This document shows, in pieces, positions 47,283-57,304 of a DNA stretch of 64,000 bases. This DNA is from Armatimonadota bacterium. Lineage in GTDB: Bacteria > Armatimonadota > HRBIN16. The stretch spans positions 1,696,001-1,760,000 of the forward strand of contig OY781964.1 in NCBI GenBank assembly GCA_963677485.1, written 5' to 3'. Position numbers and translations under genes: made by a program. The notes below the pieces were generated by a model, which was not told the DNA's origin, did not search any database, and was given only the letters and a program-made list of their open reading frames with translations. Positions within the stretch are counted from its first letter, which is position 1. Each line of letters opens with the position of its first letter.

Positions 47283-50200
47283 ATGCTCAGCGTCCTGCTT
47301 GCACTCATCGCCATCCTCGTCATCACACTGCTCGCACCAAAACGGGCTCTGGCTGCGCCTGTCAACACGCTACTCGTGAAGCGCGCCACCCGGGGGGAGA
47401 TGACGGCGAAGATCATCGAGATACTCACGCGGCAGCTCAAAGAGCGCTGCGGGGCGCGGATGGTCACCAACGGCAAGGCGGAGCTGACCATCGAGCTCTC
47501 CGTCAAGACCGGCGCCGGCAAGAACGGCTTCACCATCGCGGACGGCCCGAAGGGTTCGCTCTGCATCATCGGCCACGACGAAGCCGGACTGCTCTACGGC
47601 GTCGGCAAGATGCTGCGCGACGGCCTCTACGGTCCGACCGGCTTCACGCCAGGTCCATGGCGCGGCAGTTCGGTGCCTAAAATGCCGGTGCGGGGCATCT
47701 ACTTCGCCACGCACTTCCACAACTTCTACCACGACGCGCCGGTTCAGGATGTGCAGCGCTACGTCGAGGAGCTGGCGCTCTGGGGCGTGAACAGCCTGAT
47801 GGTGTGGTTCGACATGCACCACTTCAACGGCATCAACGACCCGGCGGCGCAGAAGATGATTGAGCGCCTGCGGGTGATTCTGCAGACCGCGAAGAGCGTG
47901 GGCATGGGCCGAGGTCTTGGCCTGGTGGCCAACGAGGGCTACGCGAACAGTCCGGTTGAGCTGCGCGCCACCGGTCCTGGCCGTGGAGCGTTCTTCGGCA
48001 TCGAGCTCTGCCCCAACAAACCGGGTGGGAAGCAGCTCATCGTTCAGCAGTTCCGAGATGTTTTTGGGCATTTCAAAGATATCGGCATCACCGACCTTTG
48101 GATTTGGCCCTATGATTCGGGTTCGTGCGCGTGTGAGCAGTGCAGCCCATGGGGCACTAACGGCTTCCTGACCGCGGCGAAGCTAGTGGCCATGCTTGCG
48201 CGCGAATGTTTCCCCGGTGTGAAGCTCTATCTCTCTACCTGGTTCCTCGATGAGGGCGAGTGGGAGGGGCTGGCAAAGGCGTTCAAGACCAGGCCCGACT
48301 GGGTTGATGCACTGATCTCACAGCCCAACACCTATGCTTTCAGCCACGAATCACCCGGCCGACTGCCCATTCTAGGCTTCCCAGAGATCAGCATGGACGG
48401 CATGTGGCCTTGGGGAGGCTTCGGTGCGAACCCTCAGCCCCACGGACTACAGGGATACTGGGACGGCTTCAAGGCGAAGAGCGGCGGTGGGTTCCCCTAC
48501 TCCGAAGGCATCTACGAGGACATCAACAAGGCGGTGTGCGCGCAGCTCTACTGGAGCCCCGACCGGCCCGTTGAGGACATCCTGAAGGAGTACATCCGTT
48601 ATGAGTATTCCCCCGATGTGACCACCGAGCTGACGGCGGTGATCGCCACTCTGGAGCGTAATCACCACATGCGCTGGTGGCCGGGTCTGCTGGAGGGCTA
48701 CACCGGCTGGTTCCCTTCAAAGGGTGCGGCGCCTCAAGATGATCCTGGTGCAGAGACCGCGTATGCGATGGTGAAAAAAGTCGATTCGAGGCTCAGCCCT
48801 GAGGCGCGGAAATCCTGGCGCTGGCGGATACTCTACCTGCGCGCACTGACCGATGCGGAGCTGAAGGCCAATGGCGGCAAGCCGAACGCTGCCTGCGAAC
48901 GGGCGTTTGAGGAGCTCACGCTGATCTACCACGCCCAAGGTGCGCAGGTGGACCTCAAGCCGCCAGCCACCCCCAAGCACAGCGAGGGCGACATCACCCG
49001 CCTGGCAGCGGGCATCACCTCCACCGCCACAGATCCGGCTAATACGATGGCACAGACGTCGACAGATACCAAGGACCTGTGGGTGCCCACTTTCCGACCG
49101 ATCGCCGTGCAGGCGGGGAAGCCGGTCTCGCACACGATTGATGGCACCTGGCGGATCAACCCTCAGGCTCCAAAAGATGTCGCGGGCTCAGAGCTAACCG
49201 GCGCAGGCTGGGCGGACTTCCGGGTGCCTGGTCAGTGGGCGAATCAAGGGTTTGATCTAGCCGAGGATGCGGTCGCCGCACTGGGCACAGACTTCACCAT
49301 TCCGGCCGCCTACAAGGGCAAGCGCATCTTTCTGCGCTTCGATGCCGTGCATGGCGGCACCCAGTATTGGCTCAACGGCACCAAGCTGGGCGAGACGCAG
49401 TATTACTTCACCCCGGTGGAGTTCGAGATCACGCAGTTCGCCAAACCTGGGCAGCTCAACCGGCTGCGCATCACACAGACACGCAACGTGCCAGGTGAAA
49501 ATGTCCAATTCAGCGGCTACCGTGCCCAACAGCAGCCTCCCGAGACGGGTCTGCCTCGTTCGGTGCACGTGTTCGCGTTGCCGCAGCTCCACATCAGCGG
49601 ATTGCAGCTCATCACAGATCTTGATCGCGACTACCGCGATGCTGATTTGTTGATAAACCTGAGCCTGAACAATCCCACGGCCGCTCCTGCGGGCGATGTT
49701 TCGGTTGAGGTGACGCTTCGAGATGCGGCAGGAAGGCCCGTCAATCTGGCGAAGCCGCGCCACGATCTGGAGCCGCTGACGTCGGGAGCAAGCGAGCGGA
49801 AACTCACTCTGCACGTGCCCAATCCGGCGAAGTGGAGCGACGAAAAGCCCACGCTCTATTCGCTCACCATCGCCCTCAATCGAAAAGGCAAGCTCATTGA
49901 GAAGCTGGAAGAGCACGTGGGTTTCCGTAAAGTGGAAACGCGCGATCGGCAGATACTGCTAAACGGGGTGACCATCAAGCTACACGGGGCTTGCCATCAC
50001 GAATTTGATCCGCTCACCCAGCGTTCCGACACGGGCAAGCTGGCAGACCAGGACGCGCAACTGTTGAAGGCCGCCAACGTCAACTACTGCCGCACCACCC
50101 ACTACCCTCCCACAAAGGAGTTCCTGGACGCCTGCGACAAGCACGGCATCTTCGTGGAAGTGGAGTGCCCCTTCATGTGGACGCGCTTTGTGCCCGGCGA

Positions 50201-52058
50201 GGACGATCCGGCCTACATCAAGTTTTTCGCCGACCCAACGGCTGCGGCAGTGGTCTACCATCGCAACCACCCGTCGGTCATCATGTGGTCGCTCTCCAAC
50301 GAAAGCGGTCTGGAGCCGTGGCACCAGCCGAATCGGCTGCCGGTGAACTACCAGACTACGAACAAGCTGGTCAAACAACTCGATCCCACACGCTTGACCT
50401 GCTTCCACAACGAGTGGAATGATGACGGCCGCACCACCGATGTAGGCAACCTGCATTACGTCACACCGCCGTATGATACCTCGCCATGGATCGCCGGTGA
50501 TCCACGCCCTGTGGTCTGCGGTGAGATGTATCTGCTGGTCGGCATGGGATGGAAAGGCCCCTACCTGGAGCTGGATCCCGGCCTCAGCGAGTTTTGGTCG
50601 ATGGGCAACAACATCCACTGGTTCAAACACACGCAGAAGATGAGCGATGTGCAGGCGAAGTGGGAACTGGAAGAGAATCAGGTGCCGACGCATGGTCAGA
50701 ACTCCCCGCAGTCGGGCTATAACATCTCGTTCTGGTCAAAACAGCTTGCAGGCATGGGTATCTGGGAGGCGGTCGGTCCGCATGGCATCATCGACGAGTG
50801 GCGCCGTCCGAAGAACGAGTGGTGGGCCGTGAAGCGGATGTTCTCTCCGGTTTATATCCCCACCCGCCAGGTGGAGTTTGCGCCGGGCATCAAGAGCATA
50901 AAGGTGCCGATCGAGAACCGCTACTCCTTCACGGACCTGCGCGAGCTGAAACTGAGCTGCGAGCTCTCCGAGACGGGCGTGATCGACTGCCTGAACCCGC
51001 CGGATCATGCGAACCTGCACAGCATCGCCGTCTCGCTGCCGCCTATGTCAAAGGGTGAGCTCAGTGTAGCCATTCCCGCAGGGGCAAAAGCGGGTCAGAC
51101 ACTGATCATCCGCGCAACAGATTCGAAGGGTCGGCTTGTGACCGCCGTGGGTATCTTGCTGGGCAATGCCATTATGCCTGCACTGCCTGCCCCCACTAAA
51201 GACGCACCGGAAGTCCAGCAGCAGGGCCAGAGCACCGTGGTACGCGGCGATCACTACGCCTTCACGCTCAATCACGCCACCGGCGCGATCGCACCGGTGC
51301 AGGGTGCGCCGGGCATCGCGTTACGCGCATTTCCCTCGGTGTTCGCCTTGAGTTATTGGGATGTCGAGGCGATGTTCAAGACCATCACCCAGCTCCCGGC
51401 ATCCGATGAACGCGTGATCGACTCGGTCATCGCAGAGGCCAGGGCGAACTCGCTGGCCATCACCGTCACAGACCACACCGTGGAGTTCTCCGGGTCCGCT
51501 ACTATGGATATCGACAAAGCGGGAGTATGCACACTCACGTATGACTACACCTATTCAGGATCTCCGATCCGCATCGGGCAGGCTGGTCTGAGGTTTACCA
51601 TGGATTCGCACTGCCGTAGCATCGCCTGGAAGCGGCAATCGGAGTGGGACGTCTACCCGGACGACACCATCGGCCGACCGGTGGGGTCAGCGATGGCAGA
51701 TCGTGACATGAACACTGTCAATGCCTCGGATAAGAACACCGGCTATCTCTATCCAGCCGTGACGGTGAAGCCAGGGGAATCGGCCAAACCATCCTGGCCA
51801 TGCTGTCTAGACACCACAATGTATGGCACAAGCGACTTCCGCGCGACGAAATTCAATATCACGGAGGCATCACTCACGGCTCCTGACGGCAGCGGCATCA
51901 AGGCCTTCGCCAAAGGCGACGTGCATATACGCGCTTGCCTGGCGAAAGACGCAGTGTTGTTCCACCTCTGGCAACCGAGTGAGGACGGCCGGAGGCTTGA
52001 GAAGGGCAGCAGGATCACTGGCAGTTTTACGGTCTCGATGCTCACTGAAGATCGGTAA
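47283..52058 (+). CDS. Multidomain glycoside hydrolase: uncharacterised N-terminal barrel fused to GH2
   Basis: N-terminal RGIYFATHFHN module; GH2 motifs FLRFDAV, VGFRKVE, RTTHYPP and NHPSVIMWSLSNE. Confidence 0.85.
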   Translation: MLSVLLALIAILVITLLAPKRALAAPVNTLLVKRATRGEMTAKIIEILTRQLKERCGARMVTNGKAELTIELSVKTGAGKNGFTIADGPKGSLCIIGHDEAGLLYGVGKMLRDGLYGPTGFTPGPWRGSSVPKMPVRGIYFATHFHNFYHDAPVQDVQRYVEELALWGVNSLMVWFDMHHFNGINDPAAQKMIERLRVILQTAKSVGMGRGLGLVANEGYANSPVELRATGPGRGAFFGIELCPNKPGGKQLIVQQFRDVFGHFKDIGITDLWIWPYDSGSCACEQCSPWGTNGFLTAAKLVAMLARECFPGVKLYLSTWFLDEGEWEGLAKAFKTRPDWVDALISQPNTYAFSHESPGRLPILGFPEISMDGMWPWGGFGANPQPHGLQGYWDGFKAKSGGGFPYSEGIYEDINKAVCAQLYWSPDRPVEDILKEYIRYEYSPDVTTELTAVIATLERNHHMRWWPGLLEGYTGWFPSKGAAPQDDPGAETAYAMVKKVDSRLSPEARKSWRWRILYLRALTDAELKANGGKPNAACERAFEELTLIYHAQGAQVDLKPPATPKHSEGDITRLAAGITSTATDPANTMAQTSTDTKDLWVPTFRPIAVQAGKPVSHTIDGTWRINPQAPKDVAGSELTGAGWADFRVPGQWANQGFDLAEDAVAALGTDFTIPAAYKGKRIFLRFDAVHGGTQYWLNGTKLGETQYYFTPVEFEITQFAKPGQLNRLRITQTRNVPGENVQFSGYRAQQQPPETGLPRSVHVFALPQLHISGLQLITDLDRDYRDADLLINLSLNNPTAAPAGDVSVEVTLRDAAGRPVNLAKPRHDLEPLTSGASERKLTLHVPNPAKWSDEKPTLYSLTIALNRKGKLIEKLEEHVGFRKVETRDRQILLNGVTIKLHGACHHEFDPLTQRSDTGKLADQDAQLLKAANVNYCRTTHYPPTKEFLDACDKHGIFVEVECPFMWTRFVPGEDDPAYIKFFADPTAAAVVYHRNHPSVIMWSLSNESGLEPWHQPNRLPVNYQTTNKLVKQLDPTRLTCFHNEWNDDGRTTDVGNLHYVTPPYDTSPWIAGDPRPVVCGEMYLLVGMGWKGPYLELDPGLSEFWSMGNNIHWFKHTQKMSDVQAKWELEENQVPTHGQNSPQSGYNISFWSKQLAGMGIWEAVGPHGIIDEWRRPKNEWWAVKRMFSPVYIPTRQVEFAPGIKSIKVPIENRYSFTDLRELKLSCELSETGVIDCLNPPDHANLHSIAVSLPPMSKGELSVAIPAGAKAGQTLIIRATDSKGRLVTAVGILLGNAIMPALPAPTKDAPEVQQQGQSTVVRGDHYAFTLNHATGAIAPVQGAPGIALRAFPSVFALSYWDVEAMFKTITQLPASDERVIDSVIAEARANSLAITVTDHTVEFSGSATMDIDKAGVCTLTYDYTYSGSPIRIGQAGLRFTMDSHCRSIAWKRQSEWDVYPDDTIGRPVGSAMADRDMNTVNASDKNTGYLYPAVTVKPGESAKPSWPCCLDTTMYGTSDFRATKFNITEASLTAPDGSGIKAFAKGDVHIRACLAKDAVLFHLWQPSEDGRRLEKGSRITGSFTVSMLTEDR

Positions 52059-52184
52059 CTCGATCTTACCTGTCCTACGCGGCAATACAAGGCTTACGGA
52101 CCAAGCCCTGAGCAAGCAAACTGATATACAATATGTTTAATACAAGCCGCCAGCGACTGCTGGTGTTCAAAACAAGGGAGAGCA

Positions 52185-53420
52185 ATGATGATACTATTCC
52201 TGCTAATGGCCGCTATAGTGATATTGGCATCTGTACCGGCAATGTCAGCACCTAAATCGGACCGCTTTGTTCAAGACCGGTTCGCAATCAGCTTTTGGGT
52301 TGATCCGCCTGCCAACCAGATCACCGATGCGCGCTACAAAGAGATTGCTGATGCAAACTTTACCATGGTGCATGGCGCCTTTGGACCCAAGACTATGGCC
52401 GACGTCAAGAAGCAGATCGCTCTGTGCAAAAAATACAACCTGGCCGTGATCATAAAGGGCGACTTAGTCCCCGTAGACAAGCTTCCCAATGACCCCAACG
52501 TGTGGGGCTATCACCTTGTAGATGAGCCCACCATGGCGGGACTGCCCGCCGCCAGAGCCAAAATCGCGGAAGTACGCAAATACCACCCTGGCAAACTCAC
52601 CTACCTCAATCTGCTGCCGGATTATGCATCGCTGGGAGTGCTGGGCACGTCATCTTATGATGAATACATCGCCCGGTTTGGACGCGAGTCCGGCTGTGAT
52701 GTGCTTTGTATGGACTACTATCCGATTATGACACCCACTGCCGATGGCCGGGATGGCTATTGCGGCAATCTGGCGGTCATGCGCAAATACTCGCTGGAGC
52801 TGGGCATTCCGCACTGGAACTTCTTCAACACCATGCCCTACGGTCCGCACAATGAACCCACCGAATCGCACCTACGCTGGCAGGTCATGACCTCGCTGGC
52901 TTATGGCTCCAAGGGCGTGCTTTACTTCTGCTACTGGACCCCTGGCGATGGACCTAACGGTGAGTTCCCCAAAGGCGGAGCGATCATTGCACAGGACGGC
53001 GTCAGAACTCGGCACTACGAGCAGGCCAAGCGCATCAACCTGGGTGTGAAGAACTGGGGACCCACGCTGATGAAGCTCACCAGCACCGCTGTCGTGCGTG
53101 TGAAGCCGGGTGAGAATAGCGCCGAGAAGCTGGTTGGTACCGGTGTTGAAAGCATCAAGATGGAAAATGATGGCGGCGACTACCTGGTGGGCGCCTTCAA
53201 ACACGCAGATGGACGCCGCGCGGTGATGATCAACAATTATGATCACAACTACGCCACCTGGTTCACCGTGAAGTTTGATGTGCCGCTGAACAGAGTGCAG
53301 GAGCTTGATCCTGCCACCGGCAAGCTGAAGGCTGTCCGCGACGAATCACCCTGGATGCCAGGCTTGCAGCTATCGCTGGATGCCGGTGAGGGTCGGTTGT
53401 TCCTGCTTCCGGCCAGATAG
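52185..53420 (+). CDS. Secreted putative clan GH-A glycoside hydrolase
   Basis: Signal peptide; GYHLVDEP, LCMDYYP and SLAYGSKGVLYFCYW. Confidence 0.7.
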   Translation: MMILFLLMAAIVILASVPAMSAPKSDRFVQDRFAISFWVDPPANQITDARYKEIADANFTMVHGAFGPKTMADVKKQIALCKKYNLAVIIKGDLVPVDKLPNDPNVWGYHLVDEPTMAGLPAARAKIAEVRKYHPGKLTYLNLLPDYASLGVLGTSSYDEYIARFGRESGCDVLCMDYYPIMTPTADGRDGYCGNLAVMRKYSLELGIPHWNFFNTMPYGPHNEPTESHLRWQVMTSLAYGSKGVLYFCYWTPGDGPNGEFPKGGAIIAQDGVRTRHYEQAKRINLGVKNWGPTLMKLTSTAVVRVKPGENSAEKLVGTGVESIKMENDGGDYLVGAFKHADGRRAVMINNYDHNYATWFTVKFDVPLNRVQELDPATGKLKAVRDESPWMPGLQLSLDAGEGRLFLLPAR

Positions 53421-53599
53421 CGGGGTCACCGCGAACTTCTCGTAAAAATGGGGTCTGTTATTGTAGAGTTATACAGTGGCAGGCCCCTGTTTCATGATCA
53501 ACCTTGCCAAGGATGTGCCAAAATGACGAGTAGTCTGCTCAGCCGTTTATCGCTACCAGGACACTGTTCTTCAGATACATGACTATCGGTCGGCATCCC

Positions 53600-54083
53600 T
53601 CCGGGCACCCACGGAGTGGGTAAGATTCTTTATAGCCACGGGTGAGCGCCAGCGTAACCCGTGGTAAACCGCGCGACATCCCTACCCACGAACGTGGGTC
53701 GCCCGATGACGATGTGGCTGATCGTCTCCGATACAAGCCATCAACCCCGCTGCGACGGGTTCCATCGCCCCGTGAACGGGGCTCCATCACCCGTCGCTAA
53801 TCATTTTGCAGCCCGCAAGCGGGCGTGGGCGAGGGCCACGACGGTCTTGAATGCCCATGTCCGGGGCGGTTTTCCCCTAACCGCGCCGGTCTGGCGGTGT
53901 GCCTACACCAGTAGTGGTCCCGCCGCGACATCAATGTCTCGGCTATTCACAGTCAAAGCAGTCTGAAGCCGCCGCGTGTCTTCCGGACACCCACGGAGTG
54001 GGTAAGACTCTTTATAGCCACGGGTGAGCGCCAGCGTAACCCGTGGTAAACCGCGCGACATCCCTACCCACGAACGTGGGTCG
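53600..54083. repeat. Two 102-bp direct copies of family B (53600-53701, 53982-54083) enclosing family A and E motifs
   Basis: The copies differ at two positions by eye. Confidence 0.88.
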
Positions 54084-54286
54084 AACCTTACCGCACAAGC
54101 AGCAGAGTTAAATATCTGGTTGTCGGCCTCCGTTTGCCGCCCACCCAGCTACATCACACCCAGAGCTTTACGGTATAATTCATCAGCAGTCGTTACATAA
54201 CCCATGGTAGGTGGCTGGCGCCAGCGAGGCACACTACCCGCGAGGAATGACAGAACAACAAATGAGAAGCTCACTTGGATAGCCAC

Positions 54287-56428
54287 ATGACAAATATCGA
54301 CGCATCGGCCTGGATACTGACACCGGCGGAAACAGACGCCTTCATCGCCTGCGGGGAGTATTTCGCTGCCGGGTTCATGAGCGGGGATGAGGTCTCCATC
54401 CCCATGCGGCACGCCCACGGCATCGCGAGCTATTTGTCACAATGCACGCTGCCCGAATACTCCGGCGAACCGCTCTACCCCGCCAAACGGCAGATATGGG
54501 CCGACGAACACAACCCGGTGTTCTGGCACCACTATGTGGCACTGGACCTGATCATGTATCCTGCCGTAGCCGCAAGCCGTGCCGAACAGGCCAACTCGAA
54601 GCCGCTTCAGCAGGCCTACCGCAAGATGCAGACGCTGTTTGAAACCTACCCCAAAGGCGGCGGATACACCCACAGCATCATCAACTACGGTCGTGTGCAG
54701 AATGAGGGGTTGGTTTCCACCCTGTTCAGAATTCAAGACAAGATGGCCTCTGCCAGTGCTCCACAGACGGAGCTCTACGAAGCTCTGCTGGTGGTGCTGG
54801 AAGCCATCGATGGGTTTCGGATGCGTATCGCACGCTATCTGGCGAGTCTCAGTTTTGACGACCCACAGTCCGAATCCAACCGCAAACGGCTGCAAGATGC
54901 CTTTGGCAGCGGTCTGCCCACGCGCCGTGCAAACGGATTCTTCGAAGCGATGCTGGCCACCACTTTCATGTTTGCGATCGACGGCAGCGATGACCTGGGC
55001 CGGTTTGACCAGTTCATGTGGCCGTACTACCAAAAAGAGATCGAGGCGGGCACCCTAAGCCGCGGCGAAGCACTGGAGCTGGTGCAGGCCCTATGGCGAT
55101 ATGTGGATGACTGCAGCGGCTGGAACACCGCGCTGGGCGGCACCACACCAGACGGTCAGGACGCCACCAACGAGCTAACCCTGCTCTGCATCGAAGCCGC
55201 CAAAGGGCGACGCAGACCCAACCTGGCACTGCGAATCCGCGAGGACGTCTCCGAACAGACTTGGAATGCGGTGCTGGACTGCATCGCCACAGGCTGCGGG
55301 TTACCGGCGCTTTACTGCGAAGAGAACTACCTGTATGCGATCGACACCGCGCACCTTGGCTTGTCAGCGGAGGACCGGCTGAACTTCGCTTTTGGCGGCT
55401 GCACTGAGCTGATGGTCCACGGCTGCTCCAATGTAGGCTCGATTGAGTTCGACTTGAACATCCTGAAGCTGATGGAGGAGTGCCTCGACGCCAACCTGGA
55501 GTCTTGCAGCAGCTTCGAGCGGTTGCTGGAGTGCTACGAGCAGAGGGTTCGGGAGGCTGCCGTGGCCTATACGCAGATGGCGAATCGAAACCAGCAGACA
55601 CGCGCGGGTTATCACCCGCAGCTCATCCGCACGCTGTTCGTCGATGACTGTATAGATAGAGGCTTGAGCTTCGCCGCGGGTGGGGCGCGGTGCAACTGGA
55701 GCGTGGTCGGCATCGCCGGGCTCGCCAACGTCATCGACTCACTGTCGGCAGTCCGCAAGATGGTCTATGAAGATAAACAGATCACCGCACAGGAGCTGCT
55801 TGCGGCACTGCACGCGAATTTCGAGGGATACGATGAGCTGCTTCTGGCACTGCGAAAATGTCCCAAGTTCGGCAACGACGACCCAGTGGTCGACAAGCTG
55901 GCGGAGCGGTTGTCGTCTATTGTTTACCAGGAACCCAGCCGGCACAATCCGTGGCGCGGCGGCAAGTTCCTGAGCTCCACCATCATGTTTGTGCTATACG
56001 GCATCTTCGGGCAGCCGGTCGGCGCCACACCCGATGGCCGTCTAGCCGGCACCCCCATCGCCGACTCCGCGGGTCCGGTGCAAGGCCGCGACACGCACGG
56101 TCCCACCGCCATGCTGCGCTCGGTGGCCAGCCAGCATCTGGAGTATGCGCCTGGCACGCCGGTGTTGAACTGCCGTATCACCAGGCATCTGGTCAGCACC
56201 CCCGAGGGGCGTCAGAAGCTGATCTCGCTGATCAAGGGCTATTTCGCGCTGGGTGGGTTGCAGCTTCAGTTGAACGTGGTCGATCAGGCGGTGTTGCGGG
56301 ATGCCATCGAGCACCCGGAGCTACATGACGACCTGATCATCCGCATCGGCGGCTATTCGGAGTATTTCAACCTGCTCTCGCCGGAGTTAAAAACCACCTT
56401 TATGGACCGCACCGAGCACGAAGGGTGA
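54287..56428 (+). CDS. Glycyl radical enzyme (PFL superfamily), function unassigned
   Basis: GRFDQFMWPYY, Cys loop GGCTE, PKFGNDD, ATPDGR and Gly loop IRIGGYS. Confidence 0.92.
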   Translation: MTNIDASAWILTPAETDAFIACGEYFAAGFMSGDEVSIPMRHAHGIASYLSQCTLPEYSGEPLYPAKRQIWADEHNPVFWHHYVALDLIMYPAVAASRAEQANSKPLQQAYRKMQTLFETYPKGGGYTHSIINYGRVQNEGLVSTLFRIQDKMASASAPQTELYEALLVVLEAIDGFRMRIARYLASLSFDDPQSESNRKRLQDAFGSGLPTRRANGFFEAMLATTFMFAIDGSDDLGRFDQFMWPYYQKEIEAGTLSRGEALELVQALWRYVDDCSGWNTALGGTTPDGQDATNELTLLCIEAAKGRRRPNLALRIREDVSEQTWNAVLDCIATGCGLPALYCEENYLYAIDTAHLGLSAEDRLNFAFGGCTELMVHGCSNVGSIEFDLNILKLMEECLDANLESCSSFERLLECYEQRVREAAVAYTQMANRNQQTRAGYHPQLIRTLFVDDCIDRGLSFAAGGARCNWSVVGIAGLANVIDSLSAVRKMVYEDKQITAQELLAALHANFEGYDELLLALRKCPKFGNDDPVVDKLAERLSSIVYQEPSRHNPWRGGKFLSSTIMFVLYGIFGQPVGATPDGRLAGTPIADSAGPVQGRDTHGPTAMLRSVASQHLEYAPGTPVLNCRITRHLVSTPEGRQKLISLIKGYFALGGLQLQLNVVDQAVLRDAIEHPELHDDLIIRIGGYSEYFNLLSPELKTTFMDRTEHEG

Positions 56429-56665
56429 GGGGGTGATTCGGCAGGGACCACCACGACGCTTGACAGCCCCAATGAAAACGGGTACAAGTAACTCAGAGCA
56501 GAACTGGCTGGTATGTGTAAGCTTACTCGCTACAAACATATGGTAACCAACCATCCAAGAGAGCTGGCAGATTACAGCAATTTCTGGAATCGACTATTTC
56601 CGGAGCTGAGGTGGGGCGTTCTGGAATTGCTTATGATGCGGATGCAGGTGCGCAAAGGACAAACT

Positions 56666-57091
56666 ATGGAAAGCAAAATGATAGATTTACGTACGCGCGG
56701 ACTAACAAATGTCGTGGATGGTTATTCATATATCTTTGGATATGGGAAAACGCGGGTAATCCGGCAATTTGAGTATGAAAAAATATCAAAGATCCTAGCA
56801 TCAGTAGAAGATATGGATGTCGGTCGTATAGATATACGTACCGATGTGAAGCGTCCATATACTATGATCACTGTTAATAACGGCCCTGCATCATTTAGTA
56901 TAAACTACCAGATGATTATCCTTTATTTGTTCAATCGTCATCGTAAAATGTGGAAACTAGTGACATTTATTCCAGGTGTATTGCTTCGGAACCCAAACGA
57001 TGTACTGACAATGGATAAAACCCAGGCTCATGTACTTGTAGTCGACATAACCACTGGTAAAGAGAGGCATCGTTATCCGATAAGTTCATAA
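56666..57091 (+). CDS. Hypothetical AT-rich orphan protein
   Basis: Open frame (track start 56513); AAGGA RBS before the ATG at 56666; no motif recognised. Confidence 0.5.
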   Translation: MESKMIDLRTRGLTNVVDGYSYIFGYGKTRVIRQFEYEKISKILASVEDMDVGRIDIRTDVKRPYTMITVNNGPASFSINYQMIILYLFNRHRKMWKLVTFIPGVLLRNPNDVLTMDKTQAHVLVVDITTGKERHRYPISS

Positions 57092-57304
57092 AGACACTCT
57101 GTTATGCCAGCCCAGGTGTGACGGGTTCGGCTATCCGCCAGACCGGCGCGGTCTTGAGCCTTCTGCAACCGCTAGCGTACTGACAGACCGCCCCGGACAT
57201 TGCCAATCACGGCTGTGTAGCTACCAATGCCATCGACCGGCGCGGTTTCGAGTAACCGCGCCGGTTGTATGATCTCAGAAGCCCACGCTGGGCAGGTATT
57301 GACG

